32,000 nucleotides of DNA. Origin: Acidothermus cellulolyticus 11B (GTDB taxonomy: Bacteria; Actinomycetota; Actinomycetes; Acidothermales; Acidothermaceae). A model generated the notes under the pieces. That model made no database searches and was not told where the DNA came from. It saw only the letters and a program-made list of their open reading frames with translations. This document shows positions 8,209 to 15,931 of the stretch, in pieces. Each line of letters opens with the position of its first letter. Position 1 is the stretch's first letter. The stretch is from the NCBI RefSeq assembly GCF_000015025.1, contig NC_008578.1:300001-332000 (forward strand), written 5' to 3'. The position numbers and the translations under genes are program-made.

Positions 8209-8348
8209 CCGCCGGGCGCCGGTCCCCGCCGTTCTCCGCCGGTCCCTCTCATCGCCGTCCGTCACCCACCGTCCGCCCGTGGTCCGGCCGGCTGGCGGGT
8301 AGGCGAACGTCGCGCGGCGAATCTGGGGTAAAGTGTCGGTCTTGCAAC

Positions 8349-8424
8349 GCCCCCTTAGCTCAGTCGGCAGAGCGTCTCCATGGTAAGGAGAAGGTCTACG
8401 GTTCGATTCCGTAAGGGGGCTCCA
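8349..8424 (+). tRNA. tRNA-Thr (anticodon GGT), CCA encoded
   Basis: Acceptor stem GCCCCCT/AGGGGGC, D-arm GCTC..GAGC, anticodon loop ATGGTAA, T-arm TACGG-TTCGATT-CCGTA. Confidence 0.95.
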
Positions 8425-8432
8425 CGGATCGC

Positions 8433-8506
8433 GGCGGAGTAGCTCAGCCTGGTAGAGCAAGCGGCTCATAATCGCTGTGTCACGGGTTCAAATCCCGTCT
8501 CCGCTA
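8433..8506 (+). tRNA. tRNA-Met (anticodon CAT, elongator-like), no encoded CCA
   Basis: Acceptor stem GGCGGAG/CTCCGCT (G1-U72 wobble), D-arm GCTC..GAGC, anticodon loop CTCATAA, T-arm ACGGG-TTCAAAT-CCCGT. Confidence 0.88.
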
Positions 8507-8697
8507 CGACGCGACCGCCCAGGACTGGTCCGCGGGCCGGCAGCCGGTCAGCCTCCCGGGCTATCCTGGGGGCCGGCCTGCAGCGGGTCCCGGCATGGTC
8601 CGCCGGGTCCAGGCGTCCGGGCTATCCTGGGTGGGCTGTGTGAGTCGCCGTCCCAGCCGGACGGCGGGTGAGGTTTCCGAGAAGAAGGGCACGCGAG

Positions 8698-8865
8698 GTG
8701 GCCGCAAAGACCGACATCCGGCCGAAGATCACTTTGGCGTGTCAGGAGTGCAAGCACCGCAACTACATCACCCGGAAGAACCGGCGCAACGACCCGGACC
8801 GCCTGGAGCTCAAGAAATACTGCCCGCACTGCAACAAGCACCAGGTGCACCGCGAGACACGCTGA
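8698..8865 (+). CDS. rpmG: 50S ribosomal protein L33 (Zn-ribbon, C+ form)
   Basis: (M)[54 protein letters not shown], 55 aa with CxxC...CxxC. An in-frame GTG at 8698 gives the canonical length; the track start at 8668 would add 10 residues. Confidence 0.92.
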   Translation: MAAKTDIRPKITLACQECKHRNYITRKNRRNDPDRLELKKYCPHCNKHQVHRETR

Positions 8866-8874
8866 TCGACAGCC

Positions 8875-9312
8875 ATGCCGGCGGCCGACCTCGTGGGGCG
8901 GAGCTTCGCGCCCGACTTTCCGTACGAGGTGAGCCGCAGCAAGATTCGGGAATTCGCCGCCGCGATCGGCGACCGGCACCCCGCGTACCACGACGTCGCA
9001 GCCGCCCAGTCTCTCGGCCATCCTGACCTCGTCGCACCACCCACCTTCGCGATCGTCGCCACCCTCCCGGCCTCCGAACAGCTCGTACGTGATCTCGGTC
9101 TCGATTTCGCCTCGGTCGTCCACGGCGACCAGCGGTTCACGCTCAACCGCCCGATCTACGCGGGGGACGTGCTGCACGTGACGGTCACGGTCGAACGCGC
9201 CCGGGCCGTCGCCGGCAACACGATCCTCACCACCCGCAGTGACATCACGGACGCCGCCCGGCAACCGGTAGGCGCGGCGTACACGACGCTCGTCATCCGG
9301 GAGTCGGCGTGA
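8875..9312 (+). CDS. MaoC-like dehydratase, N-terminal-type hotdog subunit (HadA-like)
   Basis: 145 aa with ...SKIREFAAAIGDRHPAYHD...PPTFA...VHGDQRF. It sits immediately after rpmG, as in the conserved actinobacterial rpmG-hadA-hadB arrangement. Confidence 0.85.
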   Translation: MPAADLVGRSFAPDFPYEVSRSKIREFAAAIGDRHPAYHDVAAAQSLGHPDLVAPPTFAIVATLPASEQLVRDLGLDFASVVHGDQRFTLNRPIYAGDVLHVTVTVERARAVAGNTILTTRSDITDAARQPVGAAYTTLVIRESA

Positions 9313-9866
9313 CAACCGAGGCGACCGGCGGCGCGACCACCAACCGGACGACGACGGCAGCCGGCGACGCCCGCGGTCCGGCAGCGGACGGAGGCCCGGT
9401 GACACCCGCGACGGCCGGTCCACCGCCAAGCCCCGACGCGGTCGACGTCGGTACGCCGATCCCGCCCCGGCGGTTCGTCATCACCCGAGCTGATCTCATC
9501 CGGTACGCCGGCGCCTCCGGTGATACCAACCCGATTCACTGGAGTGACCGGATCGCCCGAAGGGTCGGGCTTCCCGGTGTCATCGCACACGGCATGCTGA
9601 CCATGGCACTCGCCGGACGCGCGGTCACCGACTGGGCAGGTGACCCCGGGGCGGTGACCGACTTTGCGGTGCGGTTCACCCATCCGGTGGTGGTGCCGGA
9701 CGACGACGAGGGCGTCGCCGTCGAGGTGACCGGCGTGGTAGCGGAGAAATTGGACGGCCGGGCGGTTCGCGTCGATCTGACGGCCACCTGCGGCGACGTC
9801 AAGGTTCTCGGCATGGCCCGGGCGGTCGTCCGCCTTGCCGCTCGCGGATCTCAAAGCGGCGGCTGA
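9309..9866 (+). CDS. MaoC family (R)-specific dehydratase (HadB-like catalytic subunit)
   Basis: Hydratase motif GDTNPIHWSD...GVIAHGML. GTG 9309 overlaps the upstream stop as GTGA. An alternative in-frame GTG at 9399 is preceded by GGAGG (9390-9394) and would remove most of a low-complexity N-terminal tail. Confidence 0.88.
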   Translation: MTTEATGGATTNRTTTAAGDARGPAADGGPVTPATAGPPPSPDAVDVGTPIPPRRFVITRADLIRYAGASGDTNPIHWSDRIARRVGLPGVIAHGMLTMALAGRAVTDWAGDPGAVTDFAVRFTHPVVVPDDDEGVAVEVTGVVAEKLDGRAVRVDLTATCGDVKVLGMARAVVRLAARGSQSGG

Positions 9867-10007
9867 CGTCGTCGACCCGCGGTCGCCGGCCCGCTTCCCC
9901 ACCTGCGCCCGACCGCGGATGTGCGTCCCTGCCTGGGCGCACGTCGCCCGCACCCGACGTCAGCCGCGCCCAACAGCCCGCCCTCTTTCCCATCGCACGC
10001 GAAGTCA

Positions 10008-10036
10008 TTGACGCGCTAGTGAGCGACCACTAACTT
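10008..10036 (+). promoter_or_regulatory. candidate sigma-A type promoter of the TetR gene (TTGACG-17 nt-TAACTT)
   Basis: -35 hexamer at 10008-10013 and -10 hexamer at 10031-10036. The predicted transcription start is about 10043, at the ATG, implying a leaderless mRNA. An inverted repeat TAGTG-n6-CACTA (10016-10031) lies in the spacer. Confidence 0.35.
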
Positions 10037-10042
10037 GCTGTC

Positions 10043-10639
10043 ATGGCGTCACTTCCTGCCCTCGAAGGTTCGACTCCCCGCGACGGCCGTGCTGGGCGGA
10101 TGAGCGCGGATCAGCGACGAGAGCAGGTGCTTGCCGCCGCGCTCGCTGAATTTGCCCGCGGCGGGTTGGCCGGAACCTCCACCGAAGCGATCGCCGTCCG
10201 CGCGGGAATTTCGCAGCCGTATCTGTTCCGCCTCTTCGGCAGTAAACGCGAGCTTTTCCTTGCCGCTGTCCGGCGCTGTTTTGCCAACGTGTCGGCCGCC
10301 TTCGCCGCCGCGACCCGCGGCCTGAGCGGCGACGAGGCCTTGCAGGCGCTGGGGCGCAGCTACGACGAACTGCTCGCCGACCGCGAGACTCTTCTGGTGC
10401 AACTGCATACCTATGCCGCCTGCGACGATCCCGTCGTCCGGGACTGCGTCCGTGACGGCTTCCGCATGCTGTACGAGCAGGTGCAGCGTGTGACGGGTGC
10501 TCCGCCGGAGCGGATGGTCGCGTTCTTTGCCGCCGGGATGCTGGCAAACGTCGTCGCCGCCCTCCAGCTCGGCGAAGTGGACGAACCGTGGGCGGTGGCG
10601 CTGCGTGACTACGGCGCCTTCCTTGACCTCGGCTGCTGA
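10043..10639 (+). CDS. TetR/AcrR family transcriptional regulator
   Basis: N-terminal HTH TSTEAIAVRAGISQPYLFRLFGSKRELF, followed by a helical C-terminal domain. Alternative ATG at 10100. Confidence 0.9.
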   Translation: MASLPALEGSTPRDGRAGRMSADQRREQVLAAALAEFARGGLAGTSTEAIAVRAGISQPYLFRLFGSKRELFLAAVRRCFANVSAAFAAATRGLSGDEALQALGRSYDELLADRETLLVQLHTYAACDDPVVRDCVRDGFRMLYEQVQRVTGAPPERMVAFFAAGMLANVVAALQLGEVDEPWAVALRDYGAFLDLGC

Positions 10640-10775
10640 CCCCGCGCTCATCGCATCCCGCGCGCCGGTCGCACTCCCTGCACCGTCGGCGTCATCCCCG
10701 CGGTCATTTGAACCCGCGCCGACGGCGTCTGCACGCCGGTCGCGGCCGCCCGGTGCCGGCGGGTACGCTGCGCGC

Positions 10776-11801
10776 GTGCCCGTGCTCGACCCCCCGGTCT
10801 GCCTCGCCGAGTGCACCACGTTGCGTCTCGGCGGTCCGGCCGCGCGGTTCGTTGACGCCCACGACGAGGCCGAGCTGCTCGACGAGATCCGCCAGGCCGA
10901 CGACAACGGCGAGCCGCTGCTCGTCATCGGTGCCGGCAGCAACCTCGTGGTTGCCGACGCGGGCTTCCCGGGAACCGTGCTGCGGGTCGCATTCCGCGGC
11001 ATCCGCTGGTCAAGCGACGGCGACCGGCTGCTGGTCGATATCGCGGCCGGTCAGGTGTGGGACGACGTCGTCACCGCGGCCATCGCCGAAGGGTGCGCGG
11101 GATTGGAATGCCTCTCCGGAATTCCCGGACTTGCCGGGGCCACGCCGGTTCAGAACGTCGGCGCGTACGGGGCGGAAATCGCCGATGTCTGTGTCGGCGT
11201 CCGCGTCTACGACCGGCTGGCACGCCGGGTGCGGTGGTTGGCCGGGTCAGAGTGCCGATTCGGTTACCGGCACAGCATCCTGAAAAACGACGACCGATAC
11301 GTCGTGCTCACCGTCCGGCTTTCGCTGCGGCGCAGCCGTTTGTCGACGCCGATCCGCTATCAGCAGCTTGCCGATGCCCTCGGCGTTCCGCTGGGAGACT
11401 GCGCTCCGGTGGACGCCGTCCGCAACGCTGTGCTCGAATTACGGGCCGCCAAAGGAATGCTGCTCGACCCGGGTGACCCGGACACGGTGAGCGCGGGATC
11501 GTTTTTCACCAATCCCATTGTCCCGGACTCCCAGGCGCCTCCCGAGGCGCCGCGTTTTCCGGCCCATGCTCCGGGGCTGGTGAAAATCCCGGCCGCCTGG
11601 CTCATCGAACAAGCCGGTTTCGCCAAAGGACACCGCTTGGACGGCGTCGGAATTTCCAGCAAGCACGCGCTCGCGCTGGTGAACCGCGGCGGAAGCACGG
11701 CGGACCTCCTGGAATTGGCGCGCCGCATCCGGGCGGCGGTTCAGGAGAAATTCGGAATTCTGCTGGACGTCGAACCCCGGTTGGTCGGCGTCCGACTCTG
11801 A
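10776..11801 (+). CDS. murB: UDP-N-acetylenolpyruvoylglucosamine reductase
   Basis: Contains TTLRLGGPA, VIGAGSNLVV, IPGLAGATPVQNVGAYG, GSFFTNP and AAWLIEQAGF. The track ORF begins inside the TetR gene, so the start is taken as the first plausible in-frame GTG after the TetR stop (10776). Start is uncertain by a few codons. Confidence 0.88.
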   Translation: MPVLDPPVCLAECTTLRLGGPAARFVDAHDEAELLDEIRQADDNGEPLLVIGAGSNLVVADAGFPGTVLRVAFRGIRWSSDGDRLLVDIAAGQVWDDVVTAAIAEGCAGLECLSGIPGLAGATPVQNVGAYGAEIADVCVGVRVYDRLARRVRWLAGSECRFGYRHSILKNDDRYVVLTVRLSLRRSRLSTPIRYQQLADALGVPLGDCAPVDAVRNAVLELRAAKGMLLDPGDPDTVSAGSFFTNPIVPDSQAPPEAPRFPAHAPGLVKIPAAWLIEQAGFAKGHRLDGVGISSKHALALVNRGGSTADLLELARRIRAAVQEKFGILLDVEPRLVGVRL

Positions 11802-11892
11802 GCCAGGAAATACAGTATTTCCGACCGTCTTGCTGTGCAGCCGACAATCGCACAAGCCGTGTTGGCCTGCGCCGCCGCTGGTTGCTGTTCGC

Positions 11893-13095
11893 CTATTCGG
11901 CTTCGCCGAGCACTTTGGCGATTCGCGAGACTCCCTCAACCAGGTCGTCATCGGCCAGTGCGTACGACAACCGCAGGTAACCCGGCGTACCGAACGCCTC
12001 ACCAGGCACGACCGCAACCTCGGCTTCGTCCAGCAGCAGTTCCGCTAATTCCGCGGAATTCTGCGGCCGGCGTCCGCGAATCCGCCGTCCGAGCAGCTCT
12101 TTCACCGACGGGTACGCGTAAAACGCCCCAAGCGGCTCCGGGCAGCGCACACCGGGAATCTCACCGAGCATCCGGACGATGGTCCGCCGCCTGCGGTCAA
12201 AGGCGTCCCGCATCCGGGCCACCGCGGTGAGGTCGCCGCTCACCGCGGCAAGCGCCGCCCGCTGGGAGACGTTGGCCACGTTCGACGACAAGTGGGACTG
12301 CAAATTCGTCGCAGCCTTGATGACATCGGATGGGCCGATCATCCATCCAACCCGCCACCCGGTCATCGCGTAGGTCTTGGCGACGCCGTTGAGCACGACG
12401 CAGCGATCGGCGATCTCGGGAACGAGCACCGGCATCGAGCTGAAGACGGCGTCCCCGTAGACGAGGTGCTCGTAAATCTCGTCTGTGATCACCCAGATGC
12501 CGTGCTCGGCCGCCCATCGGCCGATCGCCGCCACCTCCTCCGGCGGGTACACCGCGCCGGTCGGGTTGGACGGGGAACAGAACAGCAGCGCCTTGGTCCG
12601 CTTGGTGCGATAGGTCTCGAGCGTTGCGACGTCGGCCCGGTACCCGGTCGTCTCGTCGGTGGGAACTTCCACCACGATCCCACCGGCGAGTTTGATCGCT
12701 TCTGGGTAGGTCGTCCAGTACGGCGCCGGGAGAAGCACCTCGTCGCCGACATCGATGACCGTGGCGATGGCCTGATACACCGCCTGCTTGCCGCCGTTGG
12801 TCACCAGCACCTGCGCCGGATCCACGCTCAGACCGCTGTCGCGCTGCGTCTTGGCCGCGATGGCTTCCCGCAGCTCGGGCAGTCCCGCGGTCGGCGTGTA
12901 CCGGTGATTCCGCGGATCGCGGGCTGCCGCGACAGCCGCTTCGACGATGTGCTCGGGGGTGGGGAAGTCCGGTTCACCGGCCCCGAAGCCGATCACCGGT
13001 CGGCCGGCGGCCCGGAGAGCCTTGGCCTTGGCGTCCACCGCGAGGGTTGCGGATTCGGAAATTGCCGCAATACGGCGGGAGATACGGGCGGGCAT
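11893..13095 (-). CDS. pyridoxal-phosphate-dependent aspartate aminotransferase (class I)
   Basis: 400 aa with [29 protein letters not shown] and the PLP-lysine motif [13 protein letters not shown]. It lies upstream of tRNA-Trp/secE, as in Streptomyces. Confidence 0.93.
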   Translation of the reverse strand: MPARISRRIAAISESATLAVDAKAKALRAAGRPVIGFGAGEPDFPTPEHIVEAAVAAARDPRNHRYTPTAGLPELREAIAAKTQRDSGLSVDPAQVLVTNGGKQAVYQAIATVIDVGDEVLLPAPYWTTYPEAIKLAGGIVVEVPTDETTGYRADVATLETYRTKRTKALLFCSPSNPTGAVYPPEEVAAIGRWAAEHGIWVITDEIYEHLVYGDAVFSSMPVLVPEIADRCVVLNGVAKTYAMTGWRVGWMIGPSDVIKAATNLQSHLSSNVANVSQRAALAAVSGDLTAVARMRDAFDRRRRTIVRMLGEIPGVRCPEPLGAFYAYPSVKELLGRRIRGRRPQNSAELAELLLDEAEVAVVPGEAFGTPGYLRLSYALADDDLVEGVSRIAKVLGEAE

Positions 13096-13120
13096 GGTCT
13101 CATCTTTTCACGGCCCGATT

Positions 13121-13270
13121 CTCCGGCTCCCGGCCCATCGCCAGGTCGCGGCCGGCACGGCCGGTCGGGGGGAGGGGTCACCGGCCCATCGCAGGGGTAC
13201 GACCGGCACGTCTGGTCGTGGGAGGGGTCACCGACCCATCGCAGGGGTACGGCCGGCATAGCACGTCGTG
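13121..13270. repeat. three degenerate tandem copies of a 50-bp unit in the aminotransferase/tRNA-Trp divergent intergenic region
   Basis: Copies at 13121-13170, 13171-13220 and 13221-13270. Copies 2 and 3 share ggaggggtcaccg(g/a)cccatcgcaggggtacg(a/g)ccggca. Copy 1 is more diverged but keeps cggcccatcgc and gccggcacg. Confidence 0.85.
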
Positions 13271-13371
13271 GGGACGCGCCGCCGCCCGGGCCCGCGGTAT
13301 CCCCTCGCCGGCGACAGCCTTCGGCACGTACACTGTGCACGCCGAGCGAATCTCGCCGGATTCGCCGGTGT

Positions 13372-13444
13372 AGGGCAGTAGCTCAATTGGCAGAGTCCCG
13401 GTCTCCAAAACCGGTGGTTGGGGGTTCGAGTCCCTCCTGCCCTG
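13372..13444 (+). tRNA. tRNA-Trp (anticodon CCA)
   Basis: Acceptor stem AGGGCAG/CTGCCCT, anticodon stem CCGGT/ACCGG with loop CTCCAAA, T-loop TTCGAGT. Confidence 0.93.
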
Positions 13445-13474
13445 CAAGGACCGAGCGACGAAGTGAGGCAACCC

Positions 13475-13726
13475 GTGGCGGAGACGACACCGTCGGCAGC
13501 AGCGCGCCGGCGTCCGGAGCGGGCGGCGTCCGACCGCAACGTCTTCGAGCGGATCGGCGTCTGGTACCGGCAGATCGTGGCCGAGATGCGCAAGGTCATC
13601 TGGCCGACCAGGCGCGAGCTCGTTACCTACACGATCGTGACGGTGGTCTTCGCCGTCGTAATGATCGCCATCGTGGCGGGGTTGGACTACGGCGCGAACT
13701 GGGCGGTCCTGAAGATTTTTGGCTGA
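13475..13726 (+). CDS. secE: preprotein translocase subunit SecE
   Basis: C-terminal ...FERIGVWYRQIVAEMRKVIWPTRRELVTYTIVTVVFAVVMIAIVAGLDYG... is the SecE motif plus a single TM helix. The track start (13418) lies inside tRNA-Trp. GTG 13475 is preceded by GAGG; GTG 13463 is also possible. Confidence 0.88.
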   Translation: MAETTPSAAARRRPERAASDRNVFERIGVWYRQIVAEMRKVIWPTRRELVTYTIVTVVFAVVMIAIVAGLDYGANWAVLKIFG

Positions 13727-13822
13727 TCCGCGGACGACCCGGCAGAATGGGAAGCCGACCGGTGGGCGGTTCACCGGATTCCGTTCGCGCCGCGAGACAT
13801 TGAGGGAGAAAGTGACGGTCCC

Positions 13823-14509
13823 GTGAGTCGTACGTCGAAGTCGTCCCGTGCCAACGCCGCCGTCGACGAAGCGCGGCCTGCGGACGCCGAAGCGCCGGCC
13901 GAGAACGTGACGGACACCGAGGAAGACCCCGTCGAGGCGTTGCGCCGCCAACTGCGGGACGCCCCGGGGCAGTGGTACGTCGTCCACACCTACGCCGGAT
14001 ACGAGAACCGCGCGAAGGCGAACCTGGAGAACCGCATCCAGTCGCTGAACATGGAGGACTACATCTACCAGGTGGAAGTCCCCCAGGAAGAAGTCGTCGA
14101 AATCAAGAACGGCAAGCGGCAGATCGTCAAGCGGAACATCTTCCCCGGTTACGTTCTCGTCCGGATGGAGCTCACCGACGAGTCATGGGCGGCTGTCCGC
14201 TATACGCCGGCGGTGACCGGGTTCGTCGGCCCGAGCGCGTCCAAGCCGGCGCCGCTCACCCTTGACGAGGTGCTCCGCTTCCTCGCGCCGGCCGTGAAGT
14301 CCCGCAAGGAGGCCGCAGCCGCCGCCACGCCAAAGATTGTGGATTTCGAGGTCGGCGAATCGGTGACGGTGATGGACGGGCCGTTTGCGACCCTGCCGGC
14401 CACGATCAGCGAGATCAACCCGGATCAGCAGAAGCTCAAGGTGCTCGTCTCGATTTTCGGTCGGGAGACACCGGTCGAATTGTCGTTCAACCAGGTCGCC
14501 AAGATCTGA
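13823..14509 (+). CDS. nusG: transcription termination/antitermination factor NusG
   Basis: Contains [22 protein letters not shown] (NGN domain) and a C-terminal KOW ([21 protein letters not shown]), with the acidic N-terminal extension typical of actinobacteria. Confidence 0.95.
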   Translation: MSRTSKSSRANAAVDEARPADAEAPAENVTDTEEDPVEALRRQLRDAPGQWYVVHTYAGYENRAKANLENRIQSLNMEDYIYQVEVPQEEVVEIKNGKRQIVKRNIFPGYVLVRMELTDESWAAVRYTPAVTGFVGPSASKPAPLTLDEVLRFLAPAVKSRKEAAAAATPKIVDFEVGESVTVMDGPFATLPATISEINPDQQKLKVLVSIFGRETPVELSFNQVAKI

Positions 14510-14608
14510 CCTGTTCCGGACGCCGGCCGGCTGGCGGCCCGCGAGGCAGGGCGGGCGTCCGATGCTCTATCCTTGGGACGCTCGTAGACGCCGGTCGAGG
14601 GGATGACC

Positions 14609-15040
14609 ATGCCACCGAAGAAGAAGATCACTGCGGTCATCAAGCTGCAAATCAACGCCGGACAGGCGACGCCTGCGCCGCCGATCGGTCCAGCGCTCGG
14701 CCAGCACGGCGTCAACATCATGGAGTTCTGCAAGCAGTACAACGCGGCCACCGAGTCGCAACGCGGCAACGTCGTACCGGTTGAGATCACCGTCTACGAG
14801 GACCGCTCCTTCACCTTCGTCACCAAGACGCCGCCGGCCGCCGAGCTGATCAAGAAGGCGGCGGGAATTGAGAAAGGCTCCGCTGCGCCGCACCGCACAA
14901 AGGTCGCCACCCTGACCCGCGAGCAATTGCGGCAGATCGCGCAGACCAAGCTGCCGGACCTCAACGCGCACGACGTCGAAGCAGCCGAGAAGATCATCGC
15001 TGGCACGGCTCGCTCAATGGGCGTGACAATCACCGACTGA
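14609..15040 (+). CDS. rplK: 50S ribosomal protein L11
   Basis: Starts [42 protein letters not shown].... GAGGGG lies 6 nt upstream of ATG 14609. ATG 14603 is two codons upstream and abuts the SD. Confidence 0.95.
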
Positions 15041-15105
15041 AGACGCGGCGAGCTGAAGAGGCGGCGAGCTGAAGACGCGGCGAGTTGATTGACGGCGCGG
15101 CGACG
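15038..15105. repeat. 16-bp tandem repeat, about 3.5 copies, starting at the rplK stop codon
   Basis: tgaagacgcggcgagc (15038-15053), tgaagaggcggcgagc (15054-15069), tgaagacgcggcgagt (15070-15085), then a degenerate tgattgacggcgcggcgacgc. Confidence 0.9.
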
Positions 15106-15211
15106 CGATCGAGGATGTGACAACGCGACTATCACCGAATGAGTTGCACCGTGACAGACGGTGAGTGGGAGGGCCGGCCGGCCCGCTGGACCACGACCTT
15201 CGGAGGAAGCC

Positions 15212-15931
15212 ATGAAACGCGGAAAGAAATACCGGGCTGCGGCTCAACTCGTTGACCGCACCAAGCTGTACTCGCCGCTGGAGGCGATGCGGCTGGCCAA
15301 ACAGACCAACACCATGCGGGTGCCCGCGACCGTGGAGGTCGCGATGCGGCTAGGCGTGGATCCCCGCAAGGCGGATCAGATGGTGCGCGGAACGGTGAAC
15401 CTGCCGCATGGCACCGGCAAGACCCCGCGCGTCCTCGTCTTCGCCACCGCGGAACGGGCCGAGGAAGCGCGGGCCGCCGGCGCGGACTACGTCGGCGCCG
15501 ATGAGCTGATCGAGCAAGTGGCGAACGGGTTCCTCGACTTCGACGCCGTCGTCGCCACCCCGGACTTGATGGGCAAGGTGGGTCGCCTCGGCCGGATACT
15601 CGGACCGCGTGGGCTCATGCCGAACCCGAAGACCGGCACGGTCACCAACGACGTCGCCAAGGCCGTTGCCGACATCAAGAGCGGGAAGATCGAGTTTCGG
15701 GTTGACCGGCAGGCCAATCTCCACCTCGTGATCGGGAAGACCGACTTCACCGAGCAGCAGCTGGTGGAGAATTACGCCGCCGCACTCGACGAGGTGCTCC
15801 GACTCAAGCCGCCGACGGCGAAGGGCCGGTACCTGAAGAAGGTCACCATCTCGACGACGATGGGTCCGGGGATCCCGGTCGATCCGAACCGGGTCCGCAA
15901 CCTCCTCGCCGAGGAGACTGCAGCCGCCTGA
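15212..15931 (+). CDS. rplA: 50S ribosomal protein L1
   Basis: Starts [22 protein letters not shown]... and contains [17 protein letters not shown] lies 5 nt upstream of ATG 15212. The track start (15161) lacks an SD. Confidence 0.95.
   Translation: MKRGKKYRAAAQLVDRTKLYSPLEAMRLAKQTNTMRVPATVEVAMRLGVDPRKADQMVRGTVNLPHGTGKTPRVLVFATAERAEEARAAGADYVGADELIEQVANGFLDFDAVVATPDLMGKVGRLGRILGPRGLMPNPKTGTVTNDVAKAVADIKSGKIEFRVDRQANLHLVIGKTDFTEQQLVENYAAALDEVLRLKPPTAKGRYLKKVTISTTMGPGIPVDPNRVRNLLAEETAAA

Noticed and set aside
7630-8348. Calling an integrated mobile element downstream of tRNA-Tyr.
   Set aside because: There is only a short T-loop-like match (about 13 of 16 nt) and an AT-enriched patch. No integrase, excisionase or cargo genes are present and there is no clear second direct repeat. 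It is kept only as a low-interest relic hypothesis.
7507-8469. 320-aa minus-strand ORF spanning the tRNA-Tyr to tRNA-Met region.
   Set aside because: It runs through three tRNA genes and the GC-rich repeats. Its composition is Arg/Pro/Ala-rich. It is an artefact.
9867-10007. A third dehydratase gene (hadC-like) or other CDS after the HadB-like gene.
   Set aside because: Only about 175 nt separate it from the TetR gene, with no ORF having coding-like composition. The two-gene MaoC pair is the usual state outside mycolate producers.
13121-13270. Possibility that the tandem repeat arrays (8090-8208, 13121-13270, 15038-15105) are CRISPR arrays.
   Set aside because: The units are directly abutting, with no unique spacers. 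They are too few and too degenerate, and no cas genes are present.
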